From assembly GCF_009914755.1 (NCBI RefSeq), contig NC_060934.1: a DNA stretch of 64,000 nucleotides. One strand, written 5' to 3'. Numbering within the stretch: the stretch's first letter is position 1; every line of letters begins with the position of its first letter. Below are positions 19,298 to 32,354 of this stretch, one piece after another. A model generated the notes under the pieces. That model saw only the letters and a program-made list of their open reading frames with translations. It ran no database searches and was not told the DNA's origin. The position numbers and the translations under genes are program-made. Source of the DNA: the human T2T-CHM13v2.0 reference genome, Homo sapiens.

Positions 19298-19626
19298 CTT
19301 TGTTTTGGGTTTTTGTTTTTTTTTTTTTTTTGGTTTGTTTGTTTGTTTGAGACAGAGTCTTGCTCTGTGGCCCAGGCTGGAGTGCAATGGTGCCATCTCG
19401 GCTCTCTGCAAACTCCACCCCCCAGGTTCAAGCCATTCTCATGCCTCAGCCTCCTGAGTAGCTGAAACTACAGGAGCACCACCACGCCCAGCTAATTTTT
19501 GTATTTTTAGTAGAGACAGGATTTCACCATATTGGCCAGGCTGGTCTTGAACTCCTGACCTCAAACCATCCACCACCTTGGCCTCCCAAAGTGCTGGATT
19601 ACAGATGTGAGCCACCGCGTCTGGCC
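19298..19626 (-). mobile_element. AluS in MST LTR
   Basis: TSD CATATCATT. Confidence 0.9.
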
Positions 19627-19911
19627 CATATCATTATTTTGGGGGTTAAATTCCAACATAAATTTTGGAGACACACATATATTCAAAACCATAGCAGTAG
19701 GCCTTTTCTCCAAATATAGTCTCTCTGGGAGTTAAGGCTTCAACATATGAATTGGAGGTGGGGGGCACAATTGAGTCCATCACAGGGGGAATATGGAGAA
19801 AGGCAAAAACTACATTCTGCTATCTTTCATCTTCCCAGAATAAGATAGGCTCTGGAGACAGCCCACACAGGTCAGCTACCCAGGACGTGGAGCAAAGTGG
19901 AGCAATTACGG

Positions 19912-20308
19912 TGCTATGGTTGAATGTTTGTCCTCTCCAAAACTCATGTTTAAATTTAATCCCCAAAGTGACAGTACTGAGAGGCCTTTAAGAGGTGATT
20001 GGGTCATGAGGTCTCCGCCCATTAATGGATTAATGGATGAATGGACTAATGAGTTATCATGGATGTGGGATGGTGGCTTTATAAGAAGAAAAGAGATCTG
20101 AGCCAGCACACTCAGCCTCTTTGCTGTGTGATGCCCTGCACCACCTCAAGACTGAAGGGAGTCTCTGCTAGCAAAAAGGCCCTCACCAAATGCAGCCCCT
20201 CACCTTGGACTTCTCAGCCTCCATAACCGTAAAAAATAAATTTCTTTTCTTTACGAATTATCCAGTTTCAGGTATTATGCTACGAGCAACAGAAATGGAG
20301 TAGGACAT
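19912..20308 (+). mobile_element. MST/MLT1A-type MaLR solo LTR
   Basis: tgctatggttgaatgtttgtcctctccaaaactcatgtt...aataaatttc...gtaggaca. Confidence 0.8.
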
Positions 20309-20829
20309 GAGAAGAGATCAGGGGGATAAAGGAAGACGTCCAGAGCATTAGAAAGCCCCCCGTGGCTGGGTCCTGCCAACCTCTGCCTCTCTTCTCCTCA
20401 TGCCTACTCCCTCCCCCTGCATGTTCCAGTGACAGAAAACTGCTTCTCATTTTCCCTGCACATACCACCCTGCTCCTGGCCTCCTGCCTTGGCTCACACA
20501 GTCTTCAAGGCCTGTAATGCCCTTCCTCCCTCCCCTACCCACTTCTCTCCATTTCAACTAAGAGCTTGTCCTTATTTTACCCTTTTGCACTTATACCTTA
20601 GGCATCTCCTTCTCTAGAAAGTCTTTCTAGATGTCCAGATGGCTGCAGGGACTTGCCTGCATGCACATGTATATATATGCATTCATGTGCACACACACAC
20701 TCCCATGCCACCCACCTATGCCTCCTCATTGCACTTGCCTTATTGCATTGTAATTGTTGCTTTATGAATCCCCCCACTAGACTGTAAGCTCTCTGAGTAC
20801 AAGCAAAGCTTGTGCCTCATCACTTGGAG

Positions 20830-22100
20830 CAGACTGGATCATTGCTCTCAATTTTTCACTCCCTTCCTGACTTATCATCATTAATTATCCAGCTATGCCA
20901 TATCATGGCTTCACAGTGGGCAGAATACACATCTCTGCCTCAGTGACTTTAGATTTGGGTATGGGATTTGCTTTGGCCAATGATATAAGCAGAAGTCTTC
21001 ATTGTGCCAGTGTGGTTTGGCCCATCTCCTGTATTCATACTCCTGTGATCTCTCTTGAGAAGAACATATCCCAGGGTAGCCACTGGGCCAAGTAGAGTGT
21101 GGAGATATGAGTAGACTTGAACTCAACCTAAAGCCTGGTCCTAGCGCCAGCCAACTCCTGGTCTGCAACAGAAGCCTGCAGACCCACTGACCTGTGAATG
21201 AGGAAAATAAATATTTGGTGTTGTAAACCACCAAGATTTGGAGGATGTTTGTTACATGGCATCATGGCAGCAATAGCTGACTAAGACATCATTCATCCTT
21301 GTGTTCCCAAGCAGAGTCCTGGCCCAAAAGATATTCACTGAAATAAAGAAGCAAATATGTTCATTAATCCAAAACATGTAGCATGAGTGTGCTCACAGGT
21401 CCTCTGCTACCTCTTCTTTTCAAGCAGATAGTAATGGCTTTTTTCACAGAGTTGATGTGAAAGAGCTCCTGGCACTTTGTGCTAAGTCAGTGACATTTTC
21501 CTTCCTCTCCACCCCTTGATTTCTTTAAATGAGCTCCTAGGCTAAAGATATTAGAGGCAAAGGAAGTACTCTAGGCTACTGAACCTCTGAACCCTCTGAC
21601 CTCTGTCTGGGGGGAGCCTCTTTGTGTTCTTCCTCTCCCTCCTCCTCTTTTGCCCCTAGGATTCCTCCCTGAGTCACTGCCTAACTGGCTTTTCCTGGCC
21701 TAGAAAAGAGGATTTGCCCTAGATCCTGATATGGCTCAGCAACTTCCTGCCTTAAGAGGATGGGCAGCTTACATTTCTCCCTCTTGCAAGCTAGCCGATA
21801 CAAGAAGTCTGTCTCCTCTGAAACCACCATGTTGTGAGGAAACCCAAGGTAGTCACATAGCTTGAGCCATAGAGGCCATATTAAGAAACAACAAGGTGCT
21901 ATACATGTGAGTGAAGCTTTCTTGGACTTTCTAGCCCAGCCCAGCCCAGCTGACCGAAGCAGAGTGCATGATCTCAGTTAATGCCATACAGAGCAAAGGA
22001 ATCTTCCAGCTGAATCCAGTTAATCCACAAAATTGTGAGAAATAATACATTTCTGTTGTTTTAAGGCATTAAGTTTTGAGGTAGTTATGCAACAGATAAA
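20830..22100 (+). mobile_element. Old MLT1 LTR fragments (~20830-21290 and ~21780-22100)
   Basis: Diverged MLT1 motifs (ttgctttggccaatga; aataaa...ttgtaaaccaccaagatttggaggatgtttgttac). Confidence 0.55.
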
Positions 22101-22202
22101 TTAATATATGGATAAAACTTTATAATTATTTGTTATATATATAATATTACTTATTATTTCTGAACCATCTGAGAGGAAATGGCAAAAATCATAACCCTAA
22201 AT

Positions 22203-22666
22203 TAAAGGAGACCATCTCTCATATTGTTTTCTGCCTAATTTCTGCCTCAAAGGAAAGAGAAAGTAGGAGTTAAAGAAAAGGCAGAAGTGAAATTCAATAG
22301 TCAGACAGCCTGGCGCCACACCCCAGGCCTGGTGGTTAAAGATCGACCCCTGACCTAATCACTTATGTTACCTATAGATTCCAGACATTGTATGAGGGAG
22401 CATTGTTTAACTCCCTGTTCAGTTCTGTTCTGTTATGATCACTGGTGCATGCAGCCCCAGTCACATAGCCCCCGCTTGCACAATGTATCACGACCCTTTC
22501 ACTTGGACCCCTTAGTTAGTTGTAAGCCCTTAAAAGGGACAGGAATCTTGACATCGAGGAGGTCGGATCTTGAGATGCGAGTCTACCAATGCTCCTAGTT
22601 GATTAAAGCCTATTCCTTGCTAAAACGGGTGTCTGAGAGGTCTTGTCTAAGACAGGTCCTGCTACA
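22203..22666 (+). promoter_or_regulatory. 5' LTR (LTR2 family)
   Basis: About 93% identical to 28867-29333; TTAAAA TATA-like box, ATTAAA polyA signal, ends CCTGCTACA. Confidence 0.9.
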
Positions 22667-22671
22667 TTTCT

Positions 22672-22689
22672 TGGTTCCCTGACCAAGAA
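22672..22689 (+). other. Primer-binding site, tRNA-Glu
   Basis: TGGTTCCCTGACCAAGAA versus canonical TGGTTCCCTGACCGGGAA. Confidence 0.9.
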
Positions 22690-23267
22690 GCCAGGTGATT
22701 AGTGGACGGTTGAGGCAGCCCCTTAGGCGGCTTAGGCCTGCCCTGTGGAGCATCCCTGCGGGGGACTCTGGCAGGCTTTAGTGACGCGAAAAGAGCGCTC
22801 CCGGGTAGGGAATTGCCCGGGTGGAATGCCTCTCCAGAGCAGGGCATGGTAGGGCCCCGCGGAGGATTAACGCAGCGGATGAACACCGGCAAGGAATCGG
22901 CGCTTGGAGTCGCTTGGTGTCCGGACATCTGGAATATGGTAAGAAGCGGTCTTGGAACTTGCCCACTCCATTTGAGTGGAAGCCTGGCCTGATCACCCAC
23001 AACGTGCTTTTATCGGTACCTTGGTTTTGGTTTTGATTTTGACTAGATTCGCACTGTTTTGGTTTAGATTTCAGTATTGACCTTCGGATTTGAACTGTTT
23101 TGGCTTTGATTTCGGTTCTGACTTGGCTCAAATTGCTTAATGAATGAGTAACTCCTTATCCGTACTTTGGTTTTAGTGTGAATTGCTTGGTTAGCGGGTG
23201 ACTTTTTGCCCCCTCTCCCCTTCCCTCTTTGTGGTAAGAGTGTTGTTTTGTCTCCTGAGAGAGGAAA

Positions 23268-23610
23268 ATGAGTAAAACACAAAGTAAGCCTACCCCGTTA
23301 GGAACTATGTTAAAGAATTTCAAGAAAGGATTCAATGGGGCCTATGGAATCGCTATGACACCTGAAAAGCTTAAAGCTTTGGTGAGATAGATTGGCCGGC
23401 ATTAGAGGTGGGATGGCCATCAGAAGGAAGCCTAGACAGGTCCCTAGTTTCAAAGGTATGGCACAAAGTAACTGGTAAATCAGGACACCCAGATCAGTTT
23501 CCATACATAGATACTTGGTTGCAGCTGGTTTTAGACCCCTCACAGTGGTTAAGAGGACAGGCAGCAGTAGTACTAGTGGCAAAGGGACAGACAGCCAAGG
23601 AAGAAAGAGT
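23268..23610 (+). pseudogene. HERV-E-type gag matrix remnant
   Basis: MSKTQSKPTPLGTMLKNFKKGF...GWPSEGSLDRSLVSKVWHKVTGKSGHPDQFPYIDTWLQLV; frameshifted; myristoylation Gly2 is Ser. Confidence 0.85.
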
Positions 23611-26600
23611 AGCTCCACTCCCGTCGGCCCTTTCCCTTGGGGAAGAGGAAGGAGAGAGGAGAACAGCAGAATACGCGGCTCACAGAGGCAAGGAAAGACC
23701 AGCAGAGAGAAAAAGAGAGAGAGGAGAAAGAGAGAGAGGAAAGAGAGAGAGAATACAAGAGGCAAAGAGAGAAAGAAAGACAGAGGAAGAGACAGAGAGA
23801 CAAAGAGGAGTCAAAGAGAGAGAGAGGCAGAGAGAGGAAGAGACAGAGATAAAAAGAAAGTCAAAGAGAAAAAAAGAAAGTCAAAGAGAGAAAAAGAGAG
23901 ATATACAAGTAGTTAAGAAAAAAACAGTGTGTCCTAGTCCTTTAAAAGCCAAGCTAAATTTGGAACCTATAATTGATAATTAAAGGTCTTCTCCGTGACC
24001 ATGTAACACTCCAATACCACTTTGTTGTCAGCGTAAACAAGGGCATAGCCCAAAAGCACTGAGGCCACTGGCAATCCGTAGCCTCCCTATCAAAATTTCT
24101 TAGCCCAGTAATCCACAGATGGCCCATATACATTCAATCTGCAGCGGCAACGGCTTTGCTAACAGAAGCAAGTAGAAAAATAACTTTTAGAGGAAACCTC
24201 GTTGTGAGCACACTTCACCAGTTCAGAACTATCCTAAATTAAAAAAAAAAAAAAAGCAAAAACGTAACTTCCTGACTCAAAAATCTTAAAGTATGAGGCT
24301 ATTCTGTTAGAAAAAGATGATTTAATATTAACCAATAAAAATTCCCTTAACCCAGCAGGTTTCCTAACAAGGGATTTAAATCTTAATTACCTTACAAAGG
24401 TCCGACCAGACCTAGGAGGAACCCCCTTCAAGACTGGACGATAGATGGTTCCTCCCGGGAAATTAGGGGAAAAAAAAAAAAGAGAGAGAAAAAGCGGGGG
24501 GGGGGGAGAGGGGGGCAGGGGGGAGTTTATGTAAAAAGAATGTTATATGGTAAATTCTTGTCCTAAAATAAATTAACTGGTTGTTTAAAGAAAAGGATGT
24601 TTGCAATAAGTCAGAAAATTGAGACATGTCGAAGAATTGTCTGTAAAAGTCGTGAAAGAAGAAAAAAATGTGTGTTATAAAAAAGGAATTTACGCAAGAA
24701 ATGTTGTATAATTTAAAAGTAATTAGGCCTCCTGAATGTAAAACTATTGAAGAAACAGTTTATATGCAAGGTGTATGAGGAAAGTAAAATATACTTTTAG
24801 TAAAAGGATTATAAGGAGGCATAAAAATGTGGATTTTTATCTACATTAAAAAGTTAAAAAATTGTTTTTGTTTTGAAGGTTTAAGCAAGTTTTAAAACGT
24901 TAATTGTAAAAGAAATTCTGTGTATAAACATATTGGCTAAAGTTAAAGAGGTATCATCCAGTTTTTCTGTGAACTGGACATTAAAGTAAAAACACAACGG
25001 GTTTTTCTTAAAGCACTAACCTGCTCTTTAACAAAAATTATAATAGGTTAAAAAGAGTCTATAAAAATCTTACCTTATGGTCAGACATCAAAAATTGAAT
25101 AAATATGTCTACAAAGTTTTATTAAAACTAAGTTTGACATTAATAACACACTAATATAAAGGTGAACTTTAGCTTATCTGGTATAAAAATCATACAGGAA
25201 GCATCGTCAGATATAAAATGGTATATGGCTTTCTTTGGCCTAAAAACTAATAAATATAGGTGCTAAAGGAAATTTCTCAGTAAAAAGGCACCAAGGACTA
25301 TAAAATCTGCTGCTGATGACCCCACATTTAAAACAAAAGGTCAATTTCTTAGAAATTATATACTTGGTTTATCTTCCACTTTCCTTTCCCTCAAAACTAA
25401 AAGTCTTTTAGCACATGTACCACCCCTAGAATTTCCTGTAAACCAGCACCAGCCTGAAGATTACGTTCTCATCAAAGGGTGGAAAGAAGGAAAACTCCAG
25501 CCAGCCTGGGAAGGACCCTACTTTGTGCTGCTAACCACCGAGACTGCTGCTCGTACAGCAAAAAAGGATGGACTCATCACACCCGAGTCAAGAAAGCGCC
25601 ACCCGGTCCGGAGTTGTGGGCCATAGTCCCAGGGGAAAACCCTACCAAACTAAAGCTAAGAAAAATTTAACTCTTTCATCTATTCTATTACTCTTTCTTC
25701 TTTCCTAGTTCTATTGCTGACCATCTAGTTATTAACATAACCAAGTCAATTTCGCCTCAAACTATTGCATTTAATGCTTGCCTTGTTATACCCTGTGGGG
25801 ACTTGCCAAGTCTCAAAGACAGCTCTCTACTTCAGAAAAGTACCTCTGTCCCTCCTGACTGTCCTCAGACTGGGCATTAGTAAATTGGGATCATTTAATC
25901 CGGGGAGATTTTGATAGACCCCAGTGTCAACCTGGAGTATTGCCCCCTGATGTAGAGCTTTTATGCCATAGTTGGTCCAATGTTCTGTGGATCACTAAAG
26001 AGCAAGGATGACTGCCCCAACTGGTTTTTGTAATTTCCTAAAACCATACATTCATTTTACTAGAGTATCATAGAAGTTAAAGACTTAAAACAAACTTTGG
26101 CAATTAAGGCAGGATACCAAGATGCAAATGCCTGGTTGGAAAGGATCAAATATTCCGTCCGCACGTTAAACAAAAGCAATTGTTATGTTTGTGCACGTGG
26201 CAGGCCAGAGGCCCAGATTGTCCCCTTTCCACTAAGGTGGTCCTCCAGTTGACCAGGCGTGGGCTGCATGGTAGCTCTTTTCCAGGATTCCACAGCCTGA
26301 AGTAAAGGTCATGCCAAGTTCTCTCTCTGCTATATCCCGAAGTTCAGTACCCTGAGGGTCAGCCCCCAAGGGCCATCCAGCTTCCGTCTCCCAACACTAA
26401 GTTCACTTTGTGTCTCTCACAACAGGGAGGAAACTTAGTTTTCCTTGGAGACCTGAAGGGATGTAGTGAGTTTAAGAACTTTCAAGAGCTTACCAACAAG
26501 TCAGCCCTTGTTCATCTCCAAGCGGATGTGTGGTGGTATTGTGGTGGACCTTTACTGGACACTCTGCCAAATAACTGGAGTGGCATTTTTGCTTTACACC

Positions 26601-26639
26601 AATTGGCTATCCCTTTCACCCTGGCATTTCATCAGCCGG

Positions 26640-27310
26640 AGGGAAGGCAGGTGATAGAAAAAGGATGGATCTGGTTATTGGACAGAAGAATAGCCATGTC
26701 ACAACTGCTAGGAGCCGCAGTTGTACTGGCTGTGCATGAGTCCACCCACCTGGGCCAAGAGTCACTTAAAAAGTTGTACTTCTACATCTTACATCTGTCA
26801 GCCCTTGGCAAAACAGTGGTGCCACAGTGTGTCACCTGCCGGCAGCACAATGCTAGGCAAGGTCCAACCATCCCGCCTGGCATACAGGCTTATGGAGCAG
26901 CCCCCTTTGAAGATTCCCAGGTAGACTTCACCGAGACCCCCAAATGTGGAGATCTCATCCCTAGGTTTGGACTGCCCTTGCAAATCGGCTCGGACAACGG
27001 GTTAGCATTTGTGGATGACTTGGTACAGAAGACAGCAAAGGCGATTGGGTATGGATCAAGGATTGGAACGTAGCCCCCTTGGAGCCACAGTGGAAAGGAC
27101 CCCAGACCGCCATCTTGACCACTCCCACAGCTGTGAAAGTAGAAGGAATCCCAGCCTGGATCCACCACAGCCGCCTGAAACCCGCAGCACCTGAGACCTG
27201 GGAGGCGAGACCAAGCACAGACAATCCCTGCAAAGTGACTCTGAGGAAGATGACAAGCCCTGCTCCAGTTACACCTGGAAGCCAACTGGTCCATGCACGG
27301 CCGAAGTGTA

Positions 27311-27330
<20 letters not shown>
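26640..27330 (+). pseudogene. HERV-E-type integrase remnant with internal deletions
   Basis: HESTHLG...CVTCRQHN zinc finger, QVDFTE, PRFGLPLQIGSDNG, WKGPQTAILTTPTAVKVEGIPAWIHHSRLK. Confidence 0.85.
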
Positions 27331-28850
<1,520 letters not shown>

Positions 28851-28866
28851 TTCTCAAAGGGGGGAC

Positions 28867-29333
28867 TAAGGGAGGAGACCACGTCTCATATTGTCTTCTG
28901 CCTAATTTCTGCCTCAAAGGAAAGAGAAAGTAGGAGTTAAAGAAAAGGCAGAAGTGAAATTCAATAGTCAGACAGCCCATCACCACACCCCAGGCCTAGT
29001 AGTTAAAGATTGACCCCTGACCTAATCGCTTATGTTACCTATAGATTCCAGACATTGCATGAGGGAGCATTGTGTAACTCCCTGTTCGGTTCAGTTCTGT
29101 TCTGATCACCGGTGCATGCAGCCCCAGTCACGTAGCCCCCGCTTGCACAATGTATCATGACCCTTTCACTTGGACACCTTAGTTAGTTGTAAGCTCTTAA
29201 AAGGGACAGGAATCTTGACTTCGGGGAGCTCAGATCTTGAGACACGAGTCTACCAATGCTCCCAGCTGATTAAAGCCTATTCCTTCCTAAAACTGGTGTC
29301 CGAGAGGTCTTGTCTAAGACCGGTCCTGCTACA
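28867..29333 (+). promoter_or_regulatory. 3' LTR (LTR2 family)
   Basis: TAAGGGAGGAGACC...CCTGCTACA directly after the PPT. Confidence 0.9.
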
Positions 29334-29517
29334 AAATCTTTAATGAACAAAACTTCTGTTTATAAAACCACAGTACAGCTATCACTCAGGAAAGTTAACA
29401 TTGAGACAATATTATCTATTTTGTCCCTATTCATATTTTACCAATTATCTAAATAGTGTCTTTCACAGTAATCCTTTTTTTCAGTTTCAGGATCTAGTTC
29501 AGGATGCATTTAGTTGT

Positions 29518-29960
29518 TGTATTAGTTAAATTTAGCTGCACAACAAACTTGGTAGCTCAAAACAATATTTGTCATCTCCGTTTCCATGGGTCAGGAATCT
29601 AGACATGGCTTAGCTGGGCTCTTGAGCTCAGGGTCTCTCACAAGACTGCAACCAAGGTGTCGGCCACAGTCATCTCAGAATTCAAGTGCAATACGATCTG
29701 CTTCCAAGCTCATTCAGTGATTGTTGGCAGGATTCAGGTCACTGCAGACTGTTGGATTTAGGGCTTCAGTTCCTGGCTGGCTGTTGGCTAGGAATTCCTC
29801 AGTTCCTTGAAACATGGGCCTCTCCAGAGGGCAGCTCACAATTTGGCAGCTTGCTTCACCAGAACAAGCAAGCTGAGAAGAGCCAGAAAGAGAATTCTAG
29901 CAAGATGGAAGTCTCAGTCCTTTGTAACCTAATCTCAGAAGTGATATCTCATCACTGACA
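29518..29960 (-). mobile_element. Old MLT1 (E/F-like) LTR
   Basis: tgtattagtt...ggtcaggaatct...ctcagttccttg...tttgtaacctaatctcagaagtga. Confidence 0.6.
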
Positions 29961-30260
29961 TCTGCCTATCACATGTTTATGTCTCTAGTCTCTTCTGATC
30001 TGGAACAGTTTCTTAGCCTTTTTATTGTCTTTCATGTCCTTGGCATTTTAAATATTGCAGGCTAGTTGTTTTGTAAACATCCTTTGTTTTGTAAACAGTT
30101 TGAGTCTGTTTGATGTTTCCTCATAATTCCATTCAAGCAATGCATTTTTTTCAGGAATACCTCACATTCAATGTTGTATTCTTAGTGCATCGCATCAGGA
30201 GGTTTGTCCCCTTATTAGTGATAGTAACTTGGATTGCTTGTTTAAAATAGTGCTCAAGCT

Positions 30261-30565
30261 CTTTCTTTTTATTTTTTTTTTTTTTTGAGACAGGGTCTCA
30301 CTCTGTCACCCAGGTTGGAGTGCAATGGTGTGATCTTGGCTCACTTCAACCTAGGACTCCTGAGCTCAAGTGGTCCTCCACCTCAGCCTCCCGAGTAGCC
30401 GGGACCACAGGCATGCACCACCACACCTGGCTATTTTGTAAATTTTTTTGTAGAGATGGGGTCTTGAGATGTTGTCCAGGTCCCAAACTCCTGTGCTCAA
30501 GAGATTCTCCTGCCTCAGCCTCCCAAAGTGCTCAGATTACAGGTATGAGCCATCATCCCCAGGGG
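30261..30565 (-). mobile_element. AluJ
   Basis: TSD CTCAAGCTC. Confidence 0.88.
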
Positions 30566-31882
30566 CCACTCAAGCTCCCATATTCTTAACCACTATGCAA
30601 TTCTGCCTCTGGCCAGGAAAGTTCTTTCCATTTTTCAAACAGGGTAGAAAATGAGACTAATTCTCTTGGTTGAGAAACTGTGGGAAGAAATTGAGCCTGG
30701 AAACTATTTTAGGACAAAAATTCCCTATGTCCTGGATCAGACCCTCTAGCTCTCATTTGCACTCAAGATACCATCACTGGAGGCCCAAGCATTAGCTGTC
30801 ATGCCAGTCCACAGCTTGGAGAACGAATGTCCTTTCACACCTGTTTTTTCTTTTTGTTACTGGTTCCTTCATCTGGAAAGCCCTTGGAGGGGCCAGTGGT
30901 GCAATGGATAACACATCTGACTACAGATCAGAAGATTCTAGAAAAGCCCTTGTCCCACCTCTACCTGTTCTCTGCCTCTAGAACTCCTGTTCATCTCTCA
31001 AGCCCAGGCCAGGGTTCAGCTCCAGAAATAAGGCTGCAGCATTGTACAATTCCAGGGGTGCCTGGCACCCCCTGGAGTTGTGCTAGCCTGTGGTTCTGCT
31101 CTGGAAACCCCTCCCCAGCCTCACCTCATGTGCACATTTTCTCATTAGTATTTGTTAAGACGTATGTGTGTCTTCTCTAGACAGAGTAGGACTAAGGCTT
31201 GTTTCCCCTGTGGACCCGGCATCCAGTATGTGCTCAACAAGGGGTGGGTTAACACGGGAATTTTTCATCCCACCACCACTCTGCCCCAAAACAGCAGCAC
31301 AGTCCTTTTCTCCTTAATTTGATGGTGACACAGTTCTGGCATTTGACCTTTGTATCCCTGAGGTGCATCACAAAGTTCCCGCAATAAAATACAACACTCC
31401 AAATGTCCCAGTGGAAAGCCCCCTTATAAGGCCAGCAGGTGCAGTTAGAATGTGGCTTCTTGACAAACTTGTGAGGCTGAACCATGGCCCTCCCATCTGA
31501 GACAGAAGAGCGCTGAAAAGCTGTTGGAGAGCAGGCAGACTGATTCCAAGGCAGAGGCCACCGGTAGGGTGGGGTGGGGTGAGGGCAGCCAGGGCTGCTG
31601 AAGATGCAGACAGGGACTTGGAGGTGAGCTGGGCTCTGAATTCTCAGCAAACCTCTGGTTCCCTAGGGCAGGTCACAGAACTATTAGTAATAGGACCAAG
31701 GCCCCCAAACAGGTTTTTCTGCTAAAAGAGACTCTTTGGTCTCACAGGAGGATCTGGAGTGCTTCATCCGGGTCCCTCCCCCAGCAGTCTTGGTGGAAGC
31801 TTTAGCTGGCCTGGACCCAGATGATGAACTGGGACTTTTGACTCCCACCGACTGAGAGGCTGGCTCCTGGGAAACGTGGGTC

Positions 31883-32279
31883 TAAGGTTAGCTGAGAGAA
31901 AGGATGAAAGAGAGACCCAAGGTCAGGCAAGTAAGTTTATTAACCTGCCAGGCTGCTCCACCACAGTCAGAGGAGGAAGCCCTGAGCTTACAAAATGAGG
32001 GGTTTATATGAGGGAGAGAGACCCTGGGGTTGTTGGTCGATTAACTTTACCACATATCATCTTGTGACCAGCTTACAATATAGGAATTTACAAGAGGGTG
32101 TAACTTAGGTTTATCCACATTTCTCATGACCTTCCCCATGCTGCCTGTTGGGCTGTAAGCAAGTCTGGTGACCTTGCTGTAGCACCTAGATAAGGGTCCA
32201 GGAATGCAGCTTCAGAGTATTCAGGGTAAGGGTCAGCTGCATTGTGTGTGGGGGGTCCTGGGGCAGCTTGTCCCTAACA
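31883..32279 (-). promoter_or_regulatory. 3' LTR of HERV-F provirus (intact AATAAA 31936-41 and ATATAAA 32003-09)
   Basis: About 95% identical to the 5' LTR; preceded by PPT-like AAAAGGCTGGAA. Confidence 0.88.
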
Positions 32280-32354
32280 TTCCAGCCTTTTAATAGGTAA
32301 TAGAAGAGGGGTGCCATTGTTATCTGGCTGCTTCTTGCTGGATAGGGGCGACGG

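Larger units (their letters stand above)
16755..19783 (-). mobile_element. MaLR LTR (MLT1A-like) split by a nested MST-like LTR (~17058-19697)
   Basis: MLT1A-like pieces at 16755-17055 and 19700-19783; MST-like pieces at 17058-17120 and 19023-19697. Confidence 0.65.

Noticed and set aside
23408-23983. Arg/Glu/Lys-rich ORFs
   Set aside because: Translation of the Harlequin GA-rich tract fused to a gag scrap
24468-24525. A-run and G-run block as a functional G4
   Set aside because: Homopolymer slippage at a mosaic ERV junction; no other support
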